Positions 20,452 to 29,872 of a stretch of DNA of 64,000 nt are shown here, one piece after another. The notes under the pieces were generated by a model. That model ran no database searches and had not been told where the DNA came from. It worked only from the letters and a program-made list of their open reading frames with translations. The position numbers were made by a program, and so were the translations under genes. Location of the stretch: NCBI GenBank assembly GCA_963792965.1, contig CAWBYW010000016.1, positions 266,456 through 330,455 on the forward strand, given 5' to 3'. Numbering within the stretch: position 1 is the first letter of the stretch; the number at the start of each line of letters is the position of its first letter. Origin of the DNA: an uncultured delta proteobacterium. GTDB taxonomy: Bacteria; Desulfobacterota; Zymogenia; Zymogenales; Zymogenaceae.

Positions 20452-21039
20452 TTACTTCCCACCCGCAATCTTCCGTTTTCCACTCAAGAGCCCGATCTCC
20501 ACGTCTCCCGCCTTGATCGCCCGAATGATCGAGTCCTTGTCCCGGTCGCACTCCACCTCTATCCAGGTCTTGCCACAGGAATGCTCGTCGTGGGCGTCAT
20601 CGCTGGCGATCTTCGGAAGCGCGATCTCCGGCGTGTCGTAAAACGGGGTATAGAATCCTGAAACCGTCACCTCCACGGCCGAGAGCGGCGCCGGCCCCTC
20701 CTTGGCGAAAATATCGATGCGGCGGTTGACCTCCTTGATCGGGAGGCGGTACTGGTCCGGGTGGCACAAGACGTAGAGCATTTCGAGGTCCCCCTTGATT
20801 TCCAGCACATGATGGTAGAAGAGGAACAGCGGCTCAAGCTCGATTCCCTCCAAGACCATGATCCCCGGGACGTCGAGAGGGAAGAGCTTTTTGTAGGCGG
20901 GTTTTAACAGGTACTCATGGTCGGTAATGGCGATGAAGTCAAACCCGAGGTCCCGGTAGATCTCGGCCATCTCGCGCGGCGAGAAGTGCCCGTCGGAGTA
21001 GGACGTATGGACGTGAAGGTTTCCTTTGAGGTGTGGCAT
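20452..21039 (-). CDS. PHP-domain metallophosphoesterase
   Basis: LHVHTSYSDG, ITDH, CHP, DDAH. Confidence 0.85.
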   Translation of the reverse strand: MPHLKGNLHVHTSYSDGHFSPREMAEIYRDLGFDFIAITDHEYLLKPAYKKLFPLDVPGIMVLEGIELEPLFLFYHHVLEIKGDLEMLYVLCHPDQYRLPIKEVNRRIDIFAKEGPAPLSAVEVTVSGFYTPFYDTPEIALPKIASDDAHDEHSCGKTWIEVECDRDKDSIIRAIKAGDVEIGLLSGKRKIAGGK

Positions 21040-21327
21040 AGGAGTTATCTGACGTGAGCCCCCGAGGGATTAAAGCGGTGGGCGCCGAGCCCCACTGTTG
21101 TCCCCCGGGGCTCTCAAAAGGGTTATATCAATCCCCGTTTTCACGATAGAGCGACGGCAGGGATGTCACCCCCCGTTCGCTGTTCCAAAGACAACCGGCA
21201 CAGGTCTCGTCGACCCCTGCCGGCCGACCGACAGTATCTTACCACCGAATCCGGGGAATTTGAATCTTTTTTTGGCGCTCCCCCGCTTTTCTTCCCCCTC
21301 GGTGCTCACTTTATCCCCTCATTTTTC

Positions 21328-21383
21328 TTGACAAAAAAAAACAGCCTGTGGTATAGTCCCGATTTGAATGAGCACTCATTCAT
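21328..21383 (+). promoter_or_regulatory. atp (Fo) operon promoter plus 20-bp palindromic operator
   Basis: TTGACA-18-TATAGT (TG extended -10), then TTGAATGAGCACTCATTCAT at 21364..21383. Confidence 0.75.
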
Positions 21384-21502
21384 GCAATCGTACGCTTTTG
21401 GCTTTGCGGTACGTAAAAGAAGGCGGAAGAGCGGGCCTCGTTCTAGGGAGGGCACGGGCGGTATCCTGAAAGGCCGTGTCGGTACGGTGGGGTGGCGGCT
21501 CC

Positions 21503-21790
21503 ATGACGGAGGTGGCGCCCCGGGGGGGACGGGTGGAGGAAGAGAGAAAACAGCTCATCAAGCAGCTCTTTTATCTGAGCAGCGTTGGGCTCTCGATGGT
21601 TCTGGCGATATTTATCGGCCTCGCCATCGGCGTCTTCCTCGATAATCGGCTCAATACCCACCCCTGGCTTACGATGATCTTCCTCGGCCTCGGCATAGTC
21701 GCCGGTTTTCGCAATATCTTCTGGTTTATCAGGCATTATGGGTTTTCAGACAAAGGACAAAGCAAAAAACACGACGGCAAAGATACTTGA
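21503..21790 (+). CDS. atpZ: AtpZ/AtpI-family ATP synthase accessory protein
   Basis: SSVGLSMVLAIFIG..IG.FLD.....PW.T.IFL.LGI.AGF.N; first gene before atpB. Confidence 0.85.
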   Translation: MTEVAPRGGRVEEERKQLIKQLFYLSSVGLSMVLAIFIGLAIGVFLDNRLNTHPWLTMIFLGLGIVAGFRNIFWFIRHYGFSDKGQSKKHDGKDT

Positions 21791-22169
21791 GGCCTATTCT
21801 CGTCAGCTCATCGAGGCGGGGAGCCTCCTGTTGCTTCTCATGTTAATCCTGGTGGGCGTCCTGACCAGAAAGTATACGTTCTCCCTCGGCGTCTTTGTGG
21901 GAGGAGTTGTCGCCCTCGTAAATCACTACGGTCTCTATAAATCTCTTCGGGCGGTGCTCTCGGCCGCCGCCGAGAGGGGCGAAACGGGAGGAGTGCCGCA
22001 AACCCTCCTTTCGTTCTACATAAGGCTGATCCTATCCGGCATACTGATCTTTCTGGCCCTCAAGGGCGGATTTGCTGACCCTATCGGCATCCTTATCGGC
22101 GCGTCGGTTGTGGTGGTCAACAGCCTGATCCTCGGCCTGGCTCTACTCATCACGGACAGAGGAGCTTAA
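21738..22169 (+). CDS. atpI: ATP synthase subunit I (start uncertain)
   Basis: Four TM helices, GG..ALVN, FYIRL, DPIG..IG.SVVV; position in the atp operon. Confidence 0.8.
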   Translation: MGFQTKDKAKNTTAKILEAYSRQLIEAGSLLLLLMLILVGVLTRKYTFSLGVFVGGVVALVNHYGLYKSLRAVLSAAAERGETGGVPQTLLSFYIRLILSGILIFLALKGGFADPIGILIGASVVVVNSLILGLALLITDRGA

Positions 22170-22177
22170 AACAACAT

Positions 22178-22850
22178 ATGGAACATCCGATCTTACTCAT
22201 CAACCTCTTGCACATCCCCTGGCTCGATCAATACCCTCACGTCGCGTACACCTGGGTCATCATGATCATCCTGACGTTACTTGCGTATCTCTCGATGCGA
22301 AGGGCCGCCATCGTCCCCAATCCGGTGCAGAACGTCATCGAGCTGGTTATGCTCGGGCTCAACAACCTCATCAAAGACACCATGGGCGATAAAGGGAAAG
22401 CCTTTTATCCCGCTGTTGATAGCCGAGGCCTTCTTCATATTCACCGCCAACATGATCGGCATTATCCCGGGGCTTTTTTCCCCGACGGCCGATCTCAATA
22501 CCACCGCCGCTATGGCCGTCTGTGTCTTTCTTCTCACCCACGTCATGGGTGTACGGACCCACGGATTCAAGTATCTTAAATCCTTCATGGGACCGGTCTG
22601 GTGGCTCACTCCTCTCTTCATCCCCGTGGAGATCATCAGCCATCTCTCGCGGCCCCTCTCTCTTTCGGTCCGGCTCTTCGGCAACATTAAGGGTGAAGAC
22701 CTGGTCCTGTTTATCCTCCTGGTGCTCGTCCCGTATCTGATACCGCTTCCGATCCTGCTGTTGATGATCCTCACGAGCGTACTGCAGACCTTCGTATTCG
22801 TTCTGTTGACCATGCTCTACATCAGCGGCGCCCTCGAGGAAGCCCATTGA
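22178..22850 (+). CDS. atpB: ATP synthase Fo subunit a (frameshift near 22398)
   Basis: N-terminal VP...QN.IE in one frame; SPTADLNTT, SRPLSLSVRLFGN, LQTFVF.LL in the next. Confidence 0.93.
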
Positions 22851-22885
22851 TGAAAGCGTAAACCATTCCAGAAAGGAGATCTTTG

Positions 22886-23257
22886 ATGGGTAAAAAGTCA
22901 ATTATTACTGTTATCGTTATGGCGGTTCTTTTGTTGACCGCAGGCCTTGCCCTTGCCCAGGAAGGGACCGCGCCCGCGGGAACGGGCCTCAATGCCGGTT
23001 ACACGATTTACTTCGCGCTATCGGTCCTCGGGGCGGGACTCGCAATCGGGCTGGGCGCCTGCGGCACGGGCGTCGGCATGGGTTCGGCCGTCCGCGGGGC
23101 ACTGGAAGGTGCCGCCAGAAACCCCGACACTTACGGGAGACTTTTGACGACCATGATGATCGGTCTGGCCATGATCGAGTCCCTGGCGATCTATGCCCTC
23201 GTTATCGCCCTGATCCTGCTGTACGCCAACCCGTTCAAGAGCCTCTTCGGCGTTTAA
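22886..23257 (+). CDS. atpE: ATP synthase Fo subunit c with N-terminal signal-like extension
   Basis: GxGxGxG, ARNP loop, AMIESLAIY; lacks the Gln and Thr of the Na+-binding motif, so probably H+-type. Confidence 0.95.
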   Translation: MGKKSIITVIVMAVLLLTAGLALAQEGTAPAGTGLNAGYTIYFALSVLGAGLAIGLGACGTGVGMGSAVRGALEGAARNPDTYGRLLTTMMIGLAMIESLAIYALVIALILLYANPFKSLFGV

Positions 23258-23523
23258 GACGGCGGATCGAGACGACCCTCTATAGATGAACCCGGGGGCG
23301 ACCGTCGTGTGCCTCCGGGGGCATCAGCACCCACGGACCGTCAACGCGCGTCCGTGCGGCTCACATAGGCCCCCACGCATATGCACATATATGCGTGGGG
23401 CCCGCCTTTTTCCGGGTCCCATTACCGCGTCTTTGGTCTCTCGCCCTACTGACGGCCACCCGTCGGGCCGGCAACGGGAGAGGCTCAGGCGCTCCCTCAA
23501 AGAAATCTGTCTTTTGCGCCCAT

Positions 23524-23548
23524 AAAAAAGGCCGCCCGACGGGCGGCC
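23524..23548 (-). terminator. intrinsic terminator of dksA-bactofilin
   Basis: GGCCGCCC-GAC-GGGCGGCC with A6 on the plus strand. Confidence 0.75.
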
Positions 23549-23608
23549 CTCTGCGAATTGTTCGATCGAACCGTCGCCGGCCGGCGACGGGACTTTTCAT
23601 AGTCGGGA

Positions 23609-24013
23609 TTATTTCTTCTTTGTCGTCTTTTTCCTCTTCATCGATATCTGGGCGGAGAGCTTGGCCCCCTCTTCGACCGAAAGCCCCCGGTCGGTGGCGA
23701 TGTCACCCGAAAAGACTCCGTCTCTGGCGATGACGAGCCGGGGCGCGTCGATCGTGCCGTCCATCACGCCCCCGAAGACGATCCGATTCCCTTTCAGATC
23801 ACCCCGTATATGGGTCTCGGGGCCGACGTAAATCTCCGTCTCGTTGTCGGAGGCGGCGATCTTTCCCGACACGGTTGAACCCTTGAGCAGGGTCCGCCCC
23901 TTGAACGAGAACTTCCCTTCTACAACGTTACCGGGCCCGAGATAGTTGACGAAATCCCTGTTCTCAAACGGGTCCCCGGGGAGCTCCTTCTCGTTCTCTT
24001 TTTGCTGCTCCAT
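23609..24013 (-). CDS. bactofilin (polymer-forming cytoskeletal protein)
   Basis: YLGPG..VEG.F.F.G, G.I, VG....I.GD, G.I......L.VEEGA beta-helix pattern. Confidence 0.85.
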   Translation of the reverse strand: MEQQKENEKELPGDPFENRDFVNYLGPGNVVEGKFSFKGRTLLKGSTVSGKIAASDNETEIYVGPETHIRGDLKGNRIVFGGVMDGTIDAPRLVIARDGVFSGDIATDRGLSVEEGAKLSAQISMKRKKTTKKK

Positions 24014-24014
24014 A

Positions 24015-24377
24015 TTATGCGTTTCCCCTTTTTTCCTTGGTTTCCGCCTCAATCTTGCAATGAATACACAGAGTGGTAACCGGCCTGACGTTGAGCCGCT
24101 CCTCGCTGATCTCCTCGCCGCACTCTTCGCAGACGCCGAACGTCCCATCTTCGATCCGGGCCAGCGCCTCGTTGATTTTCAGGATTAGTTTCCGCTCCCG
24201 GTCCCGGATCCTCAGCACGAAGTTACGGTCCGATTCGTGGGAGGCCCGGTCCGTTGGATCGGGGAAGTACTCCTTGAAGTCAGTCATATCTGAGACGGTG
24301 CTGTCGGCTCCGGACAGAAGTTCCTGGAGCCGTGTCTCTAAGAGGGTCTTAAAATGATCGATCTTTTCTTTTTGCAT
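24015..24377 (-). CDS. dksA: RNA polymerase-binding protein DksA
   Basis: DPTDRA coiled-coil tip, RDRERKLI.KI..AL.RI, CEEC...CIHC zinc finger. Confidence 0.95.
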   Translation of the reverse strand: MQKEKIDHFKTLLETRLQELLSGADSTVSDMTDFKEYFPDPTDRASHESDRNFVLRIRDRERKLILKINEALARIEDGTFGVCEECGEEISEERLNVRPVTTLCIHCKIEAETKEKRGNA

Positions 24378-24628
24378 CCTCTTCCTCCTTCCCCACGAAG
24401 ACCAAACCCACCCCACGTTACTGCTTAACGATGACGGCGCGACAGGATGTGAGACCACTACCGTAAAGCCTGGAGAGCGAAGCACCGCACGGAAACCGGA
24501 TATGAGTTTTTTAGCTTCGGACTACGCCCCCTTGTTCCCGTCGTCCTGCCGAGTTAACCCAAGGCCATAGGCCACCATAGACGATTGCCGCTAACGCTTC
24601 CGGCATTTTTTGTCGTTTTAAATTTTTA

Positions 24629-24657
24629 ATTATATTGCATTGACGACGATAAGTCAA
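24629..24657 (-). promoter_or_regulatory. near-consensus sigma70 promoter for dksA
   Basis: Minus strand TTGACT-17-TATAAT with AT-rich upstream sequence. Confidence 0.75.
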
Positions 24658-24835
24658 TAAAAATAACTTTATTACTCTCGAGATGATTTTAGGCGAACCG
24701 GACGCAACACCGGAGGGGGGATCATCCTGTCCCCGACACGAAAGCGCCCTCATTGTCGAGACCCTTCGGCTTGCCTTTTGTACGAATGCGATATATACTT
24801 ATCAGCATCCACGCATATATGAACGGGGGGCGGGT

Positions 24836-25072
24836 ATGGCGATAGAGGCATATATTTTTATCGAGTGCACGAGCGGCCGGACGAAGGATGTGCTGGCTAC
24901 GATCAAAAAAATCGCCGGCGTGAAGATCGTCCACGCCATTACGGGCAACTTCGACATCATCGCGCTGACCGAGGCGGCAAACCTCAACGAGCTGGGCGAG
25001 ATGATCGTCACCAGGATCCAGGCGGTCCCCGGCGTGCTCCGGACATCGACGTCGATGGTGGTGGACTTTTAG
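24836..25072 (+). CDS. stand-alone Lrp/AsnC ligand-binding domain protein
   Basis: AYIFI, GV..VHAITGNFDII, I..VPGV.RTST. Confidence 0.85.
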   Translation: MAIEAYIFIECTSGRTKDVLATIKKIAGVKIVHAITGNFDIIALTEAANLNELGEMIVTRIQAVPGVLRTSTSMVVDF

Positions 25073-25263
25073 CCCCTCACCGGAGCGTCAGTCCGGTGCG
25101 GACATACACGTCATCCCCGGCAGTGGCTCGAGAAATTCGCGCCCGCAGCAAAGGGGGGGACGTGCGGTTAAGGTTCCCCTTTGCCGCGAAACGACGGACG
25201 CTCTTTATGTGCCGAGCCGATCGGCGACAGCGGGCCCTTGCGCCCTTCCCGGGCCATTTTGCC

Positions 25264-25292
25264 TTGACAACGCATACCTCCTGACCCATAAT
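25264..25292 (+). promoter_or_regulatory. sigma70 promoter of ahbB-hemL (apparently leaderless)
   Basis: TTGACA-17-CATAAT ending 7 nt before the GTG at 25300. Confidence 0.6.
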
Positions 25293-25299
25293 CGATTCC

Positions 25300-25782
25300 G
25301 TGGATAAGGAAAGCAGGACTATTCTGAGGATTGCATCAGGCGACATGGGACTGGTAAGCGCGCCCTTCGATGCCTGGTCAGGCCGGGCCGGCGTCACCCC
25401 GGACCGATTTATCGAGGTCCTCACCGTCGCGCTCGCGACGGGGGCCGTCCGGAGGTTCGGTGCGGTCCTTGCCCCCGCCGAGAGCGGCATGAAGGCAAAC
25501 GCCATGGTCGCCTGGGAGGTGGGTGCCGATAAGGCGGACGACGCGGGTGAGATTATGGCGCGATTTGACGCCGTCAGCCACTGCTACCTCAGGCGAACGG
25601 CCCCGGACTGGCCGTATACCCTCTATACGATGGTCCACGCGAAAGACGACGATATCCTGGTCGAAACGATCCGTCAGATCGCGCACGAGACGGGAATCAC
25701 CTCCTACGTCGTACTGCGCACCCTGCGGGAGTTTAAGAAGACGAGCCCGGACTACCTCGGCCGCCAAGATGACGACGCGTGA
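25300..25782 (+). CDS. ahbB: siroheme decarboxylase beta subunit (AhbB/NirH-like)
   Basis: G.VRRFGA, ANAMVAW, VSHCYLR...DWPYTLYTMVH, EFKKTS; upstream of hemL. Confidence 0.82.
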   Translation: MDKESRTILRIASGDMGLVSAPFDAWSGRAGVTPDRFIEVLTVALATGAVRRFGAVLAPAESGMKANAMVAWEVGADKADDAGEIMARFDAVSHCYLRRTAPDWPYTLYTMVHAKDDDILVETIRQIAHETGITSYVVLRTLREFKKTSPDYLGRQDDDA

Positions 25783-25830
25783 AAAGACGAGACAGTGCGG
25801 GCAAGAGAGCGGACGAATGGAGATGCCCTC

Positions 25831-27123
25831 ATGAGCAAAACAGACACTCGCTCACGTGAGCTCATGGATCGCGCGCGGCGCGTCATCCCCGGCGGGGTCA
25901 ACAGCCCCGTGCGCGCCTTCAGGGCGGTGGGGGGAACGCCTCCCTTCATCGTACGGGGGAAGGGTTCCCATCTCTTCGATACGGACGGCAACGAGTATAT
26001 CGACTATGTCCTCTCCTGGGGGCCGCTGATCCTCGGCCACGCCGATGAGGAAGTGGTCGCCGCCGCAACACAAGCCGTCGAGGCCGGCTCATCCTTCGGC
26101 GCGCCGACCGAGGGGGAGGTGGCGCTGGCCGAGATGATCCTCTCGTTTTTCCCCGCCATGGAGATGGTGCGCCTGGTCAGCTCCGGCACCGAGGCGGCGA
26201 TGACCGCCGTTCGCCTTGCGCGGGGCTATACCGAATCGGGACAAGATCGTCAAGTTCGAGGGATGTTACCACGGCCATTCGGACTCGCTCCTTCCGAGGC
26301 GGGCTCGGGCGTTGCCACCCTCGGCATACCGGCCACGCCGGGGGTGACGGAGAAGACGGCGGCCGACACTCTGACCCTCCCCTTCAACGACCGTGAGGCG
26401 CTCGGCCGGGTGTTCACGCGGTGGGGAGACGAGATCGCGGCGGTCATCGTGGAGCCCGTTGCCGGCAACATGGGCGTGGTCCTTCCGGAGCCGGGGTTCC
26501 TGGCCCTTCTCATCGAGGTCGCCCGCTCCCGGGGGAGCCTGGTGATCTTCGACGAGGTGATGAGTGGATTCCGGGTGAGCCTCGGCGGCGCGCAGACCCT
26601 CTATAGGCTCAGTCCCGACATGACACTGTTGGGCAAGGTGATCGGCGGCGGGTTCCCGCTTGCGGCCGTCGCCGGAAAAAGGGAGATCATGGAGCACCTT
26701 GCGCCGGTGGGGCCGGTCTACCAGGCGGGGACGCTGTCGGGAAATCCCGTGGCCGTGGCGGCCGGACGCGCGACGCTGGCTGTCCTTTCGCGACCGGGGG
26801 TATTTGACGGCATCGTGAAAAGAACCGACGCCGTCCGGGAAGGCATCGTGGACGCCGCCCGCGCCTCCGGAGTCCCCCTCTGGGCGGCCCCGGCGGGCAC
26901 CATGACCTCGTTTTTCTTTTCCGAGAGTCCCGTGCGCTCGTTTGCCGAGGCGAAGGCGACGAAATCGAGCCTGTTTGCCCGCTGGTTTCACGAGATGCTC
27001 GGGCACGGTATCTACCTTGCCCCCTCTCCCTTCGAGGCGCTCTTCCTCTCGTCGGCGCATACCGACGACGACATCGAAGAGACGATCGCGGCCGCCCGCG
27101 AGGCCTTCAAGACCGCGCGGTAA
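25831..27123 (+). CDS. hemL: glutamate-1-semialdehyde 2,1-aminomutase (internal out-of-frame segment 26233..26295)
   Basis: [42 protein letters not shown]. Confidence 0.96.
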   Translation: MSKTDTRSRELMDRARRVIPGGVNSPVRAFRAVGGTPPFIVRGKGSHLFDTDGNEYIDYVLSWGPLILGHADEEVVAAATQAVEAGSSFGAPTEGEVALAEMILSFFPAMEMVRLVSSGTEAAMTAVRLARGYTESGQDRQVRGMLPRPFGLAPSEAGSGVATLGIPATPGVTEKTAADTLTLPFNDREALGRVFTRWGDEIAAVIVEPVAGNMGVVLPEPGFLALLIEVARSRGSLVIFDEVMSGFRVSLGGAQTLYRLSPDMTLLGKVIGGGFPLAAVAGKREIMEHLAPVGPVYQAGTLSGNPVAVAAGRATLAVLSRPGVFDGIVKRTDAVREGIVDAARASGVPLWAAPAGTMTSFFFSESPVRSFAEAKATKSSLFARWFHEMLGHGIYLAPSPFEALFLSSAHTDDDIEETIAAAREAFKTAR

Positions 27124-27255
27124 GCCCTTCCCGCACATGCGCCGCTCTGACCTGTGCCACTATCTGTGACCTCGGCCCATCCGATCGAGCTCGGCCGCGC
27201 CGGGGGCGCAAAATCCTCGTTGCTTTAAGGACAGGGGCGTCCACGCGGGCGAAGC

Positions 27256-28029
27256 TTATCCTTTGACGATAACGGACGCATCGGCGTCAAAGGGGTTTGA
27301 TCTGAGCGCGAGGGAAAAGAGGTACGGGTATTCGTCCCCGAGGTGCTTCATATAGTCGACCCATTGGCTCATCACGGCAAGGTAGGCCCGCTGGATGTCT
27401 CCGGTAAGATGTGCCCGGTCGGTCGTCGGCAGGTTCGCAAAATCGGCCCGGTGCGACAGCTCGTCAAGCAGGTGAAAGACCGCCCAAAGAAGATCCGTGA
27501 ACTTCTCGTGCTCCAGCAGGTTGGGGTTCTCAAGCAGCCTGAGGAGGAAGTCCCTTTTGGCCCCGAGAAACGCCTTCATGCTCGCGAGATTAAGGGAAGC
27601 GCCGTCAAGCGCGGGGGCATAGGAGGAGAGCCTTCGTCTCTTCATGGCGACATCACGCGCCGACCAATCCCGGTTGACCAGTACGTCGTCCCTCACGGCG
27701 CCGAGGTTTTCATCCACGGCCGATATGTCGCGCAGGAGCGCCGTCCCCACCTCGGAAAAGAAGGTCCCGATCACCATGTTCATCTTGGTCATCATGGCCT
27801 GCTTTTCCCGCCTCTCCAGCAGCCGGTCGATAATGAGAGTCACCAGCAAGACCTCGATAGGCAGAAAGGCGATATCGAGCAGCGTGTAGTAGTAGATGTG
27901 GTAGGCGTCTCTGAAGACCCCGTAATGAACCAGGTAGATGACGGCCGAAAGGAACACGAGCGATATGACCAGAAGGATTTGGAACCGGTCCCGGCTCTTT
28001 CTCTTTTGTTTCGCATCGACGGCGGCCAT
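27256..28029 (-). CDS. conserved hypothetical membrane protein
   Basis: Two N-terminal TM segments; DIAFLPIEVLLVT, KMNMVIGTFFSEVG, LLENPNLLEHE, YPYLFSLA.R.NPF. Confidence 0.75.
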   Translation of the reverse strand: MAAVDAKQKRKSRDRFQILLVISLVFLSAVIYLVHYGVFRDAYHIYYYTLLDIAFLPIEVLLVTLIIDRLLERREKQAMMTKMNMVIGTFFSEVGTALLRDISAVDENLGAVRDDVLVNRDWSARDVAMKRRRLSSYAPALDGASLNLASMKAFLGAKRDFLLRLLENPNLLEHEKFTDLLWAVFHLLDELSHRADFANLPTTDRAHLTGDIQRAYLAVMSQWVDYMKHLGDEYPYLFSLALRSNPFDADASVIVKG

Positions 28030-28120
28030 CGGCCCTACTCCTCTGTATGAAGTGAGACGGGCGGCGTCTCGTACCCCATCCGGCCGGCGCGGCCGTCCGG
28101 CCGCTGAGCGTCGAGGGAGC

Positions 28121-29044
28121 TCAGGGCAGGCCCGCCTCGGCCGCCTCCGGCATCGCAAAGCCCTGCCATCGCCGGTGGATCTCGGGGGCAAATCTCTCGA
28201 TGAAGGCCAGCGGGTTATCCGAGAGGATGGCGTGCTCGACCTCCCGGCTCAGGCCGAACGCGGAAAAGTCGTGGTAGATGACGTCGAGGTCCCCCATCCC
28301 GACCGGGTGGTCCGATCCGAACAACGTCCGGTCCGAAAAATCGTTGATAAGCTCCCGAAATAACTCCGCGTACCCCACTTCCCCGGGCGTCTTGGAGGAG
28401 AGCCCCACCAGATCGAGATACCTCAGCGCGCCAAAGACGTTGGTGGCGTCAAGCCAAAGCCCCCGGTATTCCTCCATGAGGGCGCGAACCTCCCTGAAGT
28501 AGGGGAAAAGACAGTGTGCCAAAACCAGCACCAGCCGGGGAAAGCGTGTAAGGATTTTCTCGATATCGGCCGGCCCCATCTTCATCCGGTAGAATTCCTC
28601 AAATCCGGTATGCAGCACCACCGGACGCTCGTATTCTTCCATGAGCTCATAGACCGGGAACATCGCATCGCTGGCGGGGTCAAAGCGCTGGACAAAGGGG
28701 TGAAACTTCATCCCCACGAAATTATCTTTTTCGATGCAGCGTCTGACCACATCGGGCTTATTCGGGGTATCGAAATGGAGCGAGCCAAAAGGGGCCGCCT
28801 GCGGCATACGCCGCGCCAGCTCGCGGTTGAACTCATTGACGGCCGTCGTCTGCTCCGCCTTCAGCGGATAGACGTAGTTGAAGAAAAACGGGATCCCTGC
28901 TCGGAAAAGATCGGCCCCGATCCCCTCCTCGGTGATGCCCGGGTCCACCGGGTGATCGGGAAAGGCGTGGCGGATCCAGCGCATGAGGCCTTCGATCCGG
29001 GTTTTCGTCATGATGTGGACGTGGGCATCGACGATCCGTTCCAT
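28121..29044 (-). CDS. amidohydrolase_2 family metallohydrolase
   Basis: DAHVH, GMKFHP, LHTG, LAH, FGSDHP. Confidence 0.88.
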   Translation of the reverse strand: MERIVDAHVHIMTKTRIEGLMRWIRHAFPDHPVDPGITEEGIGADLFRAGIPFFFNYVYPLKAEQTTAVNEFNRELARRMPQAAPFGSLHFDTPNKPDVVRRCIEKDNFVGMKFHPFVQRFDPASDAMFPVYELMEEYERPVVLHTGFEEFYRMKMGPADIEKILTRFPRLVLVLAHCLFPYFREVRALMEEYRGLWLDATNVFGALRYLDLVGLSSKTPGEVGYAELFRELINDFSDRTLFGSDHPVGMGDLDVIYHDFSAFGLSREVEHAILSDNPLAFIERFAPEIHRRWQGFAMPEAAEAGLP

Positions 29045-29050
29045 TGTCCC

Positions 29051-29434
29051 TTACCCGTTGCGCCGAATGGTGATTTCGGCGCCGTCGGCGATTGTCTTGA
29101 AGACCGTCGCGTCACCGATGATTCTTCCGAAGATGTTAACCCTTGACGCCGCCCTGATTTCATCGCCGCGGCTCATCGGGGTCTTGCCGAAAAAGATGCA
29201 AAACGCCCTCCCGTCGGGCCAGTAGCCGAGCTCCCCCGCCTCGACGAGGTCGCGCGCATCCGTCGCCAGGGCAAGCTTCAGAGGGATATCAAAATAGATC
29301 TCGTCCCCCCAGCGGTTGACGCTGCCCGTAATCGGGAGGATGGAGGCGATTGCGTGACCCGTCTCGCTGTCCAGTAGCTGTGCCTCGGCGACAACCGCGC
29401 CTGAGCGGATGGTGATCTTCATTGTCTCGTCCAT
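29051..29434 (-). CDS. cyclophilin-like fold protein (DUF369 type)
   Basis: WGDEIYF, GELGYWPDG.AFCIFFG.TP.S. Confidence 0.85.
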   Translation of the reverse strand: MDETMKITIRSGAVVAEAQLLDSETGHAIASILPITGSVNRWGDEIYFDIPLKLALATDARDLVEAGELGYWPDGRAFCIFFGKTPMSRGDEIRAASRVNIFGRIIGDATVFKTIADGAEITIRRNG

Positions 29435-29728
29435 AGGGCGCGCCTCCCTTTTCCTGCGATAGTATACTCCATCTTATGGTCGATAGACGGATTTTGTCAA
29501 GCCGTTTCGGCCGCGCGGGCAAACTATGTTCGTTCTCGGACGTTTTTGGATCACTTTCCCCTTGACAAGTCGGCGGTCTTTTGGTGTAATGACATCGGGC
29601 GATCGCCGGTTTCCATTTCACGTTTTGGTCATCATTTTTTCAAGCAATCCATTTCGTGGGCGATGAGATGTAAGACATTATCGTTGTTTCGCTATCCTTT
29701 TCTTTTTTGCATGAAAAAGGAAATTGAG

Positions 29729-29833
29729 TTTTCCACACCTGTGAGCAATTATGTGGATAACTCAATTTTTTTTTCGGCTAAATTCCTGTTTTCCTTATGA
29801 GTTCGGATTTTTCCACATGGGATGGGTGAATAA
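29729..29833. promoter_or_regulatory. DnaA-box cluster upstream of dnaA (oriC part 1 or autoregulation)
   Basis: TGTGGATAA perfect box at 29752..29760; TTTTCCACA at 29729 and 29809; GGTGAATAA at 29825. Confidence 0.8.
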
Positions 29834-29872
29834 ATTGTTGATTTTCCTCACTAAAAAACGCTCAAGTAAAAA

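Noticed and set aside
22886-23257. Na+-translocating ATP synthase
   Set aside because: Subunit c has ES..Y but Met and Leu at the Gln and Thr positions of the Na+ motif. The split Fo operon is itself ordinary in this group.
25299-25307. DnaA box (CGTGGATAA) at the ahbB start
   Set aside because: It is an isolated one-mismatch site explained by the codons GTG GAT AAG.
27180-27250. c-di-GMP-I riboswitch-like GGCGCAAAA...TAAG
   Set aside because: It has no GGCAAA/GAAA tetraloop P2 and lies between convergent gene ends.
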